Assembly (NCBI GenBank): GCA_902560065.1
Contig: CACEKG010000001.1
Span: 70,308 to 134,307 of the forward strand
Length of the DNA: 64,000 bases
DNA from: an uncultured Bacteroidota bacterium
GTDB taxonomy: Bacteria > Bacteroidota > Bacteroidia > Flavobacteriales > Flavobacteriaceae
Direction: 5' to 3'
The notes beneath the pieces were generated by a model. It saw only the letters and a program-made list of their open reading frames with translations, was not told where the DNA came from and did not search any database. Position 1 is the first letter of the stretch; each line of letters opens with the position of its first letter. A program made the position numbers and the translations under genes. Below, one piece after another: positions 19,879 to 29,412 of the stretch.

Positions 19879-21075
19879 AGCTTTTTCAATATTACCATCC
19901 ATAAGAATATTAATAGGATCTTCTAAGGCCTCTTTTATTGAAACTAAAAAGCCAACTGATTCTTTACCATCAATTATTCTATGATCATAAGAAAGAGCTA
20001 AATACATCATAGGACAGACAGCTACCTTTCCTTCAATAGCAACAGGGCGTTCAATAATATTATGCATACCTAAAATAGCTGATTGAGGTGGATTAATTAT
20101 CGGTGTAGATAACATCGATCCAAATACACCTCCGTTAGAAATTGTAAAAGTACCTCCAGTCATATCATCAACCGTAATTTGACCATCTCTTGCCCTAATT
20201 GCAAGTCTTTTGATTTCATTTTCAATTTCAGCAAAAGATAAAGCTTCAGCATTTCTAACTACAGGAACCATTAAACCTTTTGGTCCTGAAACCGCTACAC
20301 TTATATCACAGTAATCATAAGAAATTTTATGATCTCCATCAATCATAGAGTTTACATCAGGAAATTCCTTTAAAGACTTAACAACAGCCTTTGTAAAAAA
20401 ACTCATAAATCCAAGATTAACATCATGTTTTGAGGAAAATGCTTCTTTATGTTTTTTTCTAATTGCAAAAATTTCTGACATATTAACTTCATTAAAAGTA
20501 GTCAACATAGCCGTTTCATTTTTTACTGAAACAAGCCTTTCAGAAACTTTTCTTCTTAACATGGAAAGTTTTAAACTTGTAGAGCTTCTATTTCCTCCTT
20601 TTATAGGTGTTCCCATTGAAGCCTTTGCTTTTTGAGCATCTTCCTTGGTTATTCTTCCATCTCTTCCAGTACCCGAAATAGATGAAATATCAATATTTGC
20701 TTCTTCAATAATTTTTTTTGCGGAAGGAGCAGGACTGCCCGAAGCATAAGAAGAATTGGTTTCAACTTTTACTTCTTTTTCAGGTTCAGATTTTTTTGGA
20801 AGATCTGAAGTTACTTCTTTCTTTTCTTTATCTGGTTTTCCCTCGCTGTCAATTAAACAAACTATTGAACCAACATCTACAGCATCTCCCTCTTCAGCCT
20901 TTAGGGTAATAGTACCTGAAATTTCAGCTGGCAACTCCAATGTTGCTTTATCTGAATCTACCTCTGCAATGGCTTGATCTTTTTCTACATAATCTCCATC
21001 TTCAACTAACCACTGAGCAATTTCTACTTCAGTTATTGATTCCCCTGGTGAAGGGACTTTCATTTCTAAAACCAT
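19867..21075 (-). CDS. sucB: 2-oxoglutarate dehydrogenase E2, dihydrolipoyllysine-residue succinyltransferase
   Basis: N-terminal lipoyl domain ([13 protein letters not shown]), Pro/Lys/Glu linker and C-terminal catalytic DHRIIDG. Lies directly downstream of sucA. Confidence 0.9.
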   Translation of the reverse strand: MVLEMKVPSPGESITEVEIAQWLVEDGDYVEKDQAIAEVDSDKATLELPAEISGTITLKAEEGDAVDVGSIVCLIDSEGKPDKEKKEVTSDLPKKSEPEKEVKVETNSSYASGSPAPSAKKIIEEANIDISSISGTGRDGRITKEDAQKAKASMGTPIKGGNRSSTSLKLSMLRRKVSERLVSVKNETAMLTTFNEVNMSEIFAIRKKHKEAFSSKHDVNLGFMSFFTKAVVKSLKEFPDVNSMIDGDHKISYDYCDISVAVSGPKGLMVPVVRNAEALSFAEIENEIKRLAIRARDGQITVDDMTGGTFTISNGGVFGSMLSTPIINPPQSAILGMHNIIERPVAIEGKVAVCPMMYLALSYDHRIIDGKESVGFLVSIKEALEDPINILMDGNIEKALDL

Positions 21076-21114
21076 ATCATGATTATTTTAAGTCAATTTT
21101 TTAAATCTAATTTA

Positions 21115-23862
21115 TCAATTCTTTTTGAAAACAGCTTCAATTACCTTTTTATGTCTTTTTTCAAATCTCTTAGAGCTTCCAGAAGCAGGAGAATCAGAAA
21201 AAGGCCTACTTACAATCCTAAAAGTTGATACTTTTTCAAAATGTAAAAGTAAATAACTCAAAGGGCCCATGTTTTTTGGCTCCTCTTGAGCCCATACAAC
21301 ATCTTTCGTTTCACTATATAATTTTAATTGATCATTTATCTTATCAATAGGTAGAGGAAAAAGTTGTTCAATTCTAATAATTGCTATGTCATTTCTGTTT
21401 TTTTCTTCTCTAGCTTTAATAAGGTCGTAATAAAATTTACCAGAACAAAAAACTAAAGATTTTGCTTTTTTTGGTGAAATTTCATTATCAGGAATTAATT
21501 TTTCAAATTTTCCATTTATAAAATCATCCTTTTTGGAAACCGCCAATGGATGTCTCAAAAGACTTTTAGGAGTAAATACAACCAAAGGTTTTCTGTAATT
21601 AGCTATAATTTGCCTTCTTAATAAATGAAACAAGTTTGATGGTGTTGTGCAATTTGCCATAATCATATTATCGTCTCCACAAAGTTGTAAAAACCTTTCC
21701 ATTCTTGCTGATGAATGCTCTGCACCCTGACCTTCATATCCATGAGGCAAAAAAAGTACAATTCCATTTTGTAGTTTCCATTTATCTTCAGCAGCAGAAA
21801 TATATTGATCAATAACAATCTGTGCTCCATTACTAAAATCTCCAAACTGAGCTTCCCATATTGTTAAGGTTTTTGGACTTGCCATAGCATACCCATAATC
21901 AAAACCTAGAACCCCATACTCAGAAAGAAGAGAGTTATATACTCTAAAAGTTCCTCTGGCTTCACTTTCTATATTATCCAATAAAACTACTTCCTCTTCT
22001 GACTCCTCAGATTTTAAAATAGCATGTCTATGAGAAAATGTACCTCTTTCAACATCCTGTCCAGAAATTCTAACATGATATCCTTCCATTAATATTGATC
22101 CATAGGCTAACATCTCTCCCATTGCCCAATCAATTTTATCTCTTTCAAAAAACATTGATTTTCTATCATCAATTAACCTTTCTATTTTTCTTAAAAACTT
22201 TTTGTCTTTGGGCAAAGTAGATACGGTTTTTGCAATACTTTCTAGATTTGACTTAGATACCTTTGTTTTTACTTCATTCTTTAAAACTTCTTTATTAGCT
22301 TTTACATATCCCTTCCATTTATCAGCCATAAAATCAGTTATCTCAGTTTCCTCTATTTTAGAGGATTCATCATAAGCTTTTTCAAGTTTTTCTTTATAAT
22401 CTATTTTAATTTTATCTATATAACCCTGATCTACTACTCCATCTTTTAATAAAGCTTCAGAATATATATCTCTAGGATTCTTCTGTTTTGCAATAGCTTT
22501 ATAGAGTTTAGGTTGCGTAAAACGTGGTTCGTCACCTTCATTATGACCGTACTTTCTGTAGCCTAACAAATCAATAAAAACATCTTGATTAAATCTCATT
22601 CGATACTCCAAAGCAAAAACAGAAGCATGAACTACAGCCTCAACATCATCTGAATTAACATGAAAAATAGGACACAAAGTTACTTTTCCTACATCTGTAC
22701 AATAAGTACTAGTTCTTGCATCAAGATAATTTGTTGTAAAACCAATTTGATTATTAACAACAATATGGACAGTTCCGCCAGTTTTATATCCCTTTAACCC
22801 TGCCATTTGGACAATTTCATATGGAAGGCCCTGGCCAGCAATTGCAGCATCTCCGTGAACTATTATAGGTAGGACTTTTGAAGAATCCCCTGAAAAATCA
22901 TCATTTTGTTTAGCTCTAGTAATTCCTTGCACAATCGCACCAACTGTTTCAAGATGGGATGGATTAGGAGCAATATTTAAATTAATTTTTTTTCCAGAAT
23001 CTGTTTTCCTTTCACAAGTCCATCCTAAATGATATTTTACATCACCATCAAATAACATTTCCTCACTATAATCTTTTCCCTCAAACTCATTAAACATGTC
23101 TCTTGCAGATTTACCAAAAATATTTATCAGTGTATTTAATCTTCCTCGATGAGCCATTCCCATAACAAACTCTTCCACACCCTTTTCTGCAGCTAAATCA
23201 ATAATTGCGTCAACAGCTGGAATTAATGATTCTCCTCCTTCCAATGAAAAACGCTTTTGACCAACAAACTTTGAATGTAAAAAGTTTTCGAAACTAACCG
23301 CTTCATTTAGTTTTGAAAGAATATGTTTTTTTTGATCAGATGTAAAACTTGGATGATTATTATTTATGTTAAGTCTTTTTTGAATCCATTCAACCTTTTC
23401 AGGTCTTCTTATATACATATATTCTATTCCAATTGAATCACAATAAATCTCTTTAAGATGAATAATTATTTTTTCTAAAGTACTTGGGCCTATTCCCATT
23501 ACTTCACCAGCATTAAAAACAGTGGCTAAATCTTTTTCTTCTAAACCAAAATTTTGAAAATTTAAATCTGGCTTATAAGTTCTTCTTTCTCTAACTGGAT
23601 TTGTTTTTGTAAATAAATGTCCTCTGCTTCTATATGCATCAATTAATTTTACAACTGCAAATTCTTTCTTTAAATGATCTGGCACTTCAATATCTGAAGT
23701 AGAACTTATTACAGTTCCATTTTCTAATCCAAAATCAAATCCTTGAAAAAAAGCTCTCCAACTTGGTTCTACAGTATCCGGATACTTTAAATACTTATCA
23801 TAAAGCTCCGTAAAATAATCCGTATGAGCTGCATTTAAAAAAGAATATTTATCCATATTCAA
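21115..23862 (-). CDS. sucA: 2-oxoglutarate dehydrogenase E1 component
   Basis: 915 aa. GMAHRGRLN and HGDAAIAGQG motifs. Size and synteny with sucB fit. Confidence 0.9.
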   Translation of the reverse strand: MNMDKYSFLNAAHTDYFTELYDKYLKYPDTVEPSWRAFFQGFDFGLENGTVISSTSDIEVPDHLKKEFAVVKLIDAYRSRGHLFTKTNPVRERRTYKPDLNFQNFGLEEKDLATVFNAGEVMGIGPSTLEKIIIHLKEIYCDSIGIEYMYIRRPEKVEWIQKRLNINNNHPSFTSDQKKHILSKLNEAVSFENFLHSKFVGQKRFSLEGGESLIPAVDAIIDLAAEKGVEEFVMGMAHRGRLNTLINIFGKSARDMFNEFEGKDYSEEMLFDGDVKYHLGWTCERKTDSGKKINLNIAPNPSHLETVGAIVQGITRAKQNDDFSGDSSKVLPIIVHGDAAIAGQGLPYEIVQMAGLKGYKTGGTVHIVVNNQIGFTTNYLDARTSTYCTDVGKVTLCPIFHVNSDDVEAVVHASVFALEYRMRFNQDVFIDLLGYRKYGHNEGDEPRFTQPKLYKAIAKQKNPRDIYSEALLKDGVVDQGYIDKIKIDYKEKLEKAYDESSKIEETEITDFMADKWKGYVKANKEVLKNEVKTKVSKSNLESIAKTVSTLPKDKKFLRKIERLIDDRKSMFFERDKIDWAMGEMLAYGSILMEGYHVRISGQDVERGTFSHRHAILKSEESEEEVVLLDNIESEARGTFRVYNSLLSEYGVLGFDYGYAMASPKTLTIWEAQFGDFSNGAQIVIDQYISAAEDKWKLQNGIVLFLPHGYEGQGAEHSSARMERFLQLCGDDNMIMANCTTPSNLFHLLRRQIIANYRKPLVVFTPKSLLRHPLAVSKKDDFINGKFEKLIPDNEISPKKAKSLVFCSGKFYYDLIKAREEKNRNDIAIIRIEQLFPLPIDKINDQLKLYSETKDVVWAQEEPKNMGPLSYLLLHFEKVSTFRIVSRPFSDSPASGSSKRFEKRHKKVIEAVFKKN

Positions 23863-23994
23863 TTATCTAAATCCAAACACTAAATTACAACTTTTAACAA
23901 AGACAACATCTATTTATTAACAAATAATACATCTTATTATTAAAAGAGTTATTTTTAATGAATTCAACTACTATTATTTCTAATAAAGTTTAAA

Positions 23995-25254
23995 ATGTTT
24001 GCACTAATTGATTGTAATAATTTTTATGCATCTTGTGAAAGGGTTTTTAATCCAATTCTCAATAAAAAACCTATAGTAATTTTATCAAATAATGATGGGT
24101 GTGTCATATCAAGAAGTAACGAAGCTAAAGTTTTAGGAATCCCTATGGGAGCTCCTGCTTTTAAATACCAATCTGTTTTTAAAAAAAATAATGTTTATGT
24201 ATTTTCTTCTAATTTTCCTCTTTATGGAGATATAAGTAGTAGAATAATGAATATTCTTTCATCTTTTACTCCGAACATTGAAATTTATAGTATTGACGAA
24301 GCCTTTTTAAAATTTGAAGGTTTTAATAATTATGATTTAGAAAAATATTGTGAAAAAATAAAAAAAAAGGTGTTAAAATGGACAGGAATCCCCATAAGTA
24401 TTGGCGTAGGATCTTCAAAATCTTTAGCAAAAGTTGCAAATAAAATTTGTAAAAAATTTCCTGAAAAAACTCGTGGAGTTTATATAATAGACTCAAATAA
24501 AAAAAGAATTAAGGCTCTTAAATGGCTAGAAATAGAAAATGTTTGGGGAATAGGGTTTAGAAATTCAAAAAAACTCAAAGAAATTAAGGTGACAAATGCT
24601 TATAATTTTACATCCCTCAATGATAGTTGGATAAGAAAAAAAATGACTGTAGTAGGTCTAAAATTAAAAAAAGAATTAGAAGGCAAATCTATTTTAGATT
24701 TAGAAGAAATTAGACCTAAAAAAAAAGCTATTGCAACAACTAGAAGTTTTGAAAACACAATAAGTAAATTTAAAGAAATTGAAGAAAGAATATCAACATT
24801 TGCTGTTTGCTGTGCTGAAAAATTAAGAGCTCAAAACAGTAACTGTAATTCTATTTATGTTTTTATAAAAAGTAATAAGTTTAAAAAATTCGAATATCAA
24901 TATAGAAAAGGAATAATCGTGACAATTCCTTTTTCAACAAACTCAAATATTGTAATAAGCAAATATGCTTTTATAGGTCTTAAAAAAATATTTAAATCAG
25001 GTATTAAATATAAAAAAGCAGGAGTAATTGTCATGGGAATAACCTCAGATAAAAATTATCAAATGACATTATTTGAAAATGAAAAAACAAAACACAAAAA
25101 ATTAATGAAAACCATTGATTTTATTCAAAAAAAAGAAGGACAAAATAAAATTAAACTAGCTAACCAAGATCTAAAAAAGAGATGGAAAATGAAACAAGAA
25201 AAACTAAGTTTCAACTACACAACTAAACTAGATGAAATTATAATGGTAAAATGA
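23995..25254 (+). CDS. umuC: Y-family translesion DNA polymerase (UmuC-like)
   Basis: N-terminus FALIDCNNFYASCERVF and SIDEAFL are typical of UmuC/DinB-type polymerases. Overlaps the downstream UmuD-like gene by 4 nt. Confidence 0.85.
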   Translation: MFALIDCNNFYASCERVFNPILNKKPIVILSNNDGCVISRSNEAKVLGIPMGAPAFKYQSVFKKNNVYVFSSNFPLYGDISSRIMNILSSFTPNIEIYSIDEAFLKFEGFNNYDLEKYCEKIKKKVLKWTGIPISIGVGSSKSLAKVANKICKKFPEKTRGVYIIDSNKKRIKALKWLEIENVWGIGFRNSKKLKEIKVTNAYNFTSLNDSWIRKKMTVVGLKLKKELEGKSILDLEEIRPKKKAIATTRSFENTISKFKEIEERISTFAVCCAEKLRAQNSNCNSIYVFIKSNKFKKFEYQYRKGIIVTIPFSTNSNIVISKYAFIGLKKIFKSGIKYKKAGVIVMGITSDKNYQMTLFENEKTKHKKLMKTIDFIQKKEGQNKIKLANQDLKKRWKMKQEKLSFNYTTKLDEIIMVK

Positions 25255-25682
25255 AAAAAGAAAAGCTTACTTTTTTAATTCCAAAAAAAGAAAACAACCT
25301 AGGTCAATGGCTCATAGATCAAGGTATATCTGCAGGCTTTCCCTCTCCCGCAGATGACTTTAAAGAAATTAGAATTAGTTTAGATAAAGAGTTAGTCAAA
25401 AATGAGGAAGCCACTTTTTATGCAAGAGTTTCTGGAGATTCCATGCAAGGAGCTGGTTTAGAAAATGGAGATTTGCTAATAATTGATCGAAGCATCGAAC
25501 CTTCAAATAACAAAATAGCCGTTTGTTTTGTAGATGGAGAATTTACAGTTAAAAGGATTAAAATTGAATCAAAGAAAGTTTATTTAATCCCTGAAAATAA
25601 AAAATATTCACCAATTGAAATAAATGAAGAAAATGAACTTATAATTTGGGGAATAGTTACATATGTAATAAAAAAATTATAA
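25251..25682 (+). CDS. umuD: UmuD-like S24 peptidase (LexA-type self-cleaving domain, no HTH)
   Basis: 143 aa. SAGFPSPADD cleavage region, SGDSM (Ser nucleophile) and FTVKRIK (Lys). Confidence 0.85.
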   Translation: MKKEKLTFLIPKKENNLGQWLIDQGISAGFPSPADDFKEIRISLDKELVKNEEATFYARVSGDSMQGAGLENGDLLIIDRSIEPSNNKIAVCFVDGEFTVKRIKIESKKVYLIPENKKYSPIEINEENELIIWGIVTYVIKKL

Positions 25683-25724
25683 TAAATAGTATTGTTTTAA
25701 CTACATTTGAGAAAACGATTAAAC

Positions 25725-26021
25725 ATGAGTATAGAAAATATAGTTTCCCAGTTTGAAAAACGTGCATCAAGTGCTTCTCCGATTGGTGGAAAACTTAAAT
25801 TTGAAGTTGACGGAATGGGTATAATTATTGATGGAACAGGAGACTCCAACATTGTAAGTGCTGGAGATGGAGATGCAGATTGCACAATTAGCTTAACAGC
25901 AGAAGTATTAGAAAAACTGCGTGATGGAGAGATTAACCCAATGATGGCAGTTATGGGAGGTCAAATAAAAATTTCTGGAGACATGGGTCTTGCAATGAAA
26001 GTGCAATCCCTAATGGGTTAA
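25725..26021 (+). CDS. SCP2 sterol-carrier-like domain protein
   Basis: C-terminal MGGQIKISGDMGLAMKVQSL is typical of SCP2. I prefer the ATG at 25725 over the TTG at 25707. Confidence 0.75.
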   Translation: MSIENIVSQFEKRASSASPIGGKLKFEVDGMGIIIDGTGDSNIVSAGDGDADCTISLTAEVLEKLRDGEINPMMAVMGGQIKISGDMGLAMKVQSLMG

Positions 26022-26046
26022 AATCCAAAACTTATTTAACATCTTT

Positions 26047-26238
26047 CTAATTTGAACAAGTCATATCCTCACCACAACACTGAGGTGACTTTATCTTACC
26101 CTGACATTCTGGACATTTAGAAATTTGTACTTTCAAACCATCATCAAGAATTAATACATCATCTTGAAGAGGCTGATCACACTTTGCGCAAGTTGCATTA
26201 ACTGCCATTTCGCATTGTGGACATTCATATGTAGCCAT
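26047..26238 (-). CDS. Small Cys-rich zinc-ribbon-like protein (63 aa)
   Basis: CxxC pairs at CPQC, CAKC and CPEC, plus CC and a C-terminal C. 10-nt gap downstream of the GH29 gene. Confidence 0.5.
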   Translation of the reverse strand: MATYECPQCEMAVNATCAKCDQPLQDDVLILDDGLKVQISKCPECQGKIKSPQCCGEDMTCSN

Positions 26239-26248
26239 AATATTTAAT

Positions 26249-27991
26249 TTATTTAGTTTTTATAACAATTACTCCATTAGCTCCTCTGGAGCCGTATATA
26301 GTAGCAGAAGTTCCTTTAAGAACGCTTATTTTCTCAATATCTTTTGGATTAATATTTCTTAATGTATTTGGATCTTCAGTTTGAACACCATCAATAACAT
26401 ATAAAGGATTATTATTGTTTGTTGTTCCATAACCTCTAACAGTTATAACAGGTGACGAGCCAGGCAATCCACTACCAACAACATTTACCCCTGAAACTCT
26501 TCCTTGAAGAACTTCTATAGTATTAGTTATTGGTGTTTTTATAGCTTCATCAACATCAACAGTGGCAATTGATTCAACAATATTTCTTTTATTTTGATTT
26601 AAATACCCATTAGTGATTTTTTTTAGGTTATTAGCTGTTTTATTATTTTTGAGATTTATTTGGATGATATTATCAATTTTATTCATTTTTAATTTTGATA
26701 AATCAATAGTTAAGCCATATCTACTCTTTTTAAAACCTAAAACTTTTTTATTTTCAAAACCAACGATATTTTTTATTTGAAATGGAAAATCTTCAATATG
26801 TAAAAATTTAGTTTTGTCATCAAAAAGATGGATAAATACCTTGCTACCTTTCTGAGTTGAAACAAATCTGTTGTTAGGATAAATTGGTCCTTTTTTAGTT
26901 CCATAAATGGTTTCTCCATATTTTTTTAGCCAAGATCCAATCTCTTTTAAAGATTTTTGATGGTTTTCCTGTATTTTTCCATTAGGCATTGGTCCTACAT
27001 TTAGTAAAAAATTACTTCCATACCCTGCAGCATTTACTAAATATTGAATAAGCTTTTCTTTCGACTTGTGTTTTCTGTCTTGAAGATTAAAACCCCAAGA
27101 ACCATTAATAGTCTCACATACCTCAAGAGGTAATTTACCTATTTGATCTGCTGGTGTTCCCCATCCTGTAGTATTTTTACCAGGCAAATCTTTTTCAAAC
27201 ATCTGAAAATCTTCCCCATCAATTACTCCTAAATGATGGTTATTACCAATTAATGCCTGAGGTTGTAATTCATGAATCATACCATATATTTCATCATAAT
27301 GCCAATCAACTAGAGACTTTCCAGAAAAACTTTTCCCATCCCAAGCTTTTTGATCCCAATGTCCATCAAACCAAATACCTCCAATTGGACCATAATTAGT
27401 TAATAATTCACGAAGCTGAAATTTCATAAAAGCTATATAATTTTCCCATTTTCCCTCTTTTCTGCCCTCTATACCCTTACCGGTCCTTCCCCTTGGAAAA
27501 TAATCATCTCTATTCCAATCAAGTAAAGAATAATAAAAAAAGAGTTTTATTCCTTGCTTATGACATTCTTCAGCTAATAATTTTAAAACATCCTTTTTAT
27601 AAGGTGTACTATCAACAATATCATAATCAGTAGCTTTAGAGTCGAACATTGAAAAGCCATCATGATGTCTACTAGTTATGGTTATATAATTCATACCCGC
27701 AGACTTTGCTAGAGAAACCCACTGCTTAGCATCAAAATCAATAGGGTTAAAAAAAGAGGGTAATTTTTCATATTCACTAATCGAAATATTTTGGTTGTTC
27801 ATTACCCACTCACCGTCACCTAAAACACTATATACTCCCCAATGAATAAACATTCCAAACTTTGCATTTTCAAACCATTCTCTTGCTTTTAAATTTTCAA
27901 TAGTTGGCTTATATGACTGAGCATAAAAAACACTATCATGTAAAAACAAAAAAACTAAAACAAAAATTAAATTTCTAAATTTTAAAATCAT
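26249..27991 (-). CDS. GH29 alpha-L-fucosidase with an in-frame C-terminal TonB-dependent-receptor plug-like domain
   Basis: The signal peptide, FGMFIHWGVYS and TSRHHDGFSMFDS are typical GH29. The last ~108 aa (EVLQGRVSGVNV...PLYVIDGVQTEDPN...) align without gaps to the SusC plug in this window. Confidence 0.85.
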   Translation of the reverse strand: MILKFRNLIFVLVFLFLHDSVFYAQSYKPTIENLKAREWFENAKFGMFIHWGVYSVLGDGEWVMNNQNISISEYEKLPSFFNPIDFDAKQWVSLAKSAGMNYITITSRHHDGFSMFDSKATDYDIVDSTPYKKDVLKLLAEECHKQGIKLFFYYSLLDWNRDDYFPRGRTGKGIEGRKEGKWENYIAFMKFQLRELLTNYGPIGGIWFDGHWDQKAWDGKSFSGKSLVDWHYDEIYGMIHELQPQALIGNNHHLGVIDGEDFQMFEKDLPGKNTTGWGTPADQIGKLPLEVCETINGSWGFNLQDRKHKSKEKLIQYLVNAAGYGSNFLLNVGPMPNGKIQENHQKSLKEIGSWLKKYGETIYGTKKGPIYPNNRFVSTQKGSKVFIHLFDDKTKFLHIEDFPFQIKNIVGFENKKVLGFKKSRYGLTIDLSKLKMNKIDNIIQINLKNNKTANNLKKITNGYLNQNKRNIVESIATVDVDEAIKTPITNTIEVLQGRVSGVNVVGSGLPGSSPVITVRGYGTTNNNNPLYVIDGVQTEDPNTLRNINPKDIEKISVLKGTSATIYGSRGANGVIVIKTK

Positions 27992-27997
27992 TAAAAA

Positions 27998-28525
27998 TTA
28001 ATTTTCGAAAGGAATAGCTACTCTAATATCTTCCCATCCTATATGAAGATTTGCTCCATCATCTAAAGCTTCAAAAGCCATTGAAAGAGCTTCAAGCGAT
28101 TTTTTAGATTTAGTTACTGGAACTATTACTCTCATGATATCATCTGACTCTTTATAATTATATGAACCCCATGTATGAGTAGCGCTATTAATAATTATAG
28201 TCCATTCCTTAGCTCCTGGAATAGTATAAAGTGTATATGAACCAGGTGATATTTTTTTTCCTCCAAAATTCATAGACTTATAAAAAGTAATCTCTGTTGA
28301 TTCATTAGCTCCTGTTCTCCATAATTTTCCATTTGAGACTATCTTATTAAATTCTCTTCCCCTTAATTGAGGTCTGCTATAAATTACTCTCATAACTTTA
28401 TCCTTACCTCTTTGAGCAGGATATTCAATCATATCTAAAGGACTTTTATCTAGTGCCTTAAATTCTTGACCATAAGATGAGTAACTAAAGGTAACTGCAA
28501 TAATAAAAAGTAACATTTTTTTCAT
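27998..28525 (-). CDS. DUF2911-family secreted protein
   Basis: 175 aa with a signal peptide. The WRTGANESTEITF and GSYTLYTIP pattern is characteristic of DUF2911. Confidence 0.75.
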   Translation of the reverse strand: MKKMLLFIIAVTFSYSSYGQEFKALDKSPLDMIEYPAQRGKDKVMRVIYSRPQLRGREFNKIVSNGKLWRTGANESTEITFYKSMNFGGKKISPGSYTLYTIPGAKEWTIIINSATHTWGSYNYKESDDIMRVIVPVTKSKKSLEALSMAFEALDDGANLHIGWEDIRVAIPFEN

Positions 28526-28562
28526 AATTCTATTTTTTAAATAAGTTTTGAATTAAAGATAA

Positions 28563-29384
28563 TTAAAAATTAAATAAAACTTTTACTGGATGATGATCTG
28601 AAGCCCATCCTCCATATAAGGTTTTAACTGGAACATGTTCAAAGCTTTTCAAATCTAATCCTTTAGAAAAAATGTAATCAATTCTCATATTGTTATCATA
28701 TGATTTTTTAAAACCATTATATGTACCTATTAAATTATTAGAATTAACTGAAAATGAATCCAAAAACTCTTTACTTAAAATTTTAATTGGATCAGAAATT
28801 GGAATAAGATTAAAATCTCCCATTAAAACAACTGGATCTTTTTCTTTATTAAGCTCATATATTTTAAATATTATAAGATCCGTTGACTTTTTTCTTGCAA
28901 TTTCTCCCAAATGATCAAAATGCGTATTAAAAACCCAAAATCTTCTTTTTGTTTTTTTGGACTCAAAATAACCATAAGTACATATCCTTTCAAGAGCTGC
29001 ATCCCAACCTACAGATACTTTTTCAGGAGTCTTTGATAACCAAAAAGTACTTGTTTTAATCAAGTTATAAGAATCTTTTAAATAAAATATTGGACTAAAT
29101 TCTCCTCTATTCTTTCCATCCTCTCTTCCTATACCTATGAAACTATAATCATTTAAATTAATTAATAACTCATCTAATTGATTTTCTAAAACCTCTTGCA
29201 TGCCAATAAAATCAGGATATTCATTATTTAGAAAATTAAATACGGTTTCTTTTCGATTATCCCACTTATTAATTCCATCATTTAGGTTATTATACCTAAT
29301 ATTATATGAAATAACTTTTAGATCATTATCTTTTTGATAATTTGAAAAACTAAAGAGCATTAACATGATTAAAATATTTTTCAT
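28563..29384 (-). CDS. Endonuclease/exonuclease/phosphatase (EEP) family protein
   Basis: VISYNIRYNN, GMQEV and the C-terminal SDHHPV motif. Confidence 0.8.
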   Translation of the reverse strand: MKNILIMLMLFSFSNYQKDNDLKVISYNIRYNNLNDGINKWDNRKETVFNFLNNEYPDFIGMQEVLENQLDELLINLNDYSFIGIGREDGKNRGEFSPIFYLKDSYNLIKTSTFWLSKTPEKVSVGWDAALERICTYGYFESKKTKRRFWVFNTHFDHLGEIARKKSTDLIIFKIYELNKEKDPVVLMGDFNLIPISDPIKILSKEFLDSFSVNSNNLIGTYNGFKKSYDNNMRIDYIFSKGLDLKSFEHVPVKTLYGGWASDHHPVKVLFNF

Positions 29385-29412
29385 TGTTATATTTGTTTGC
29401 TAAAAATAATTA

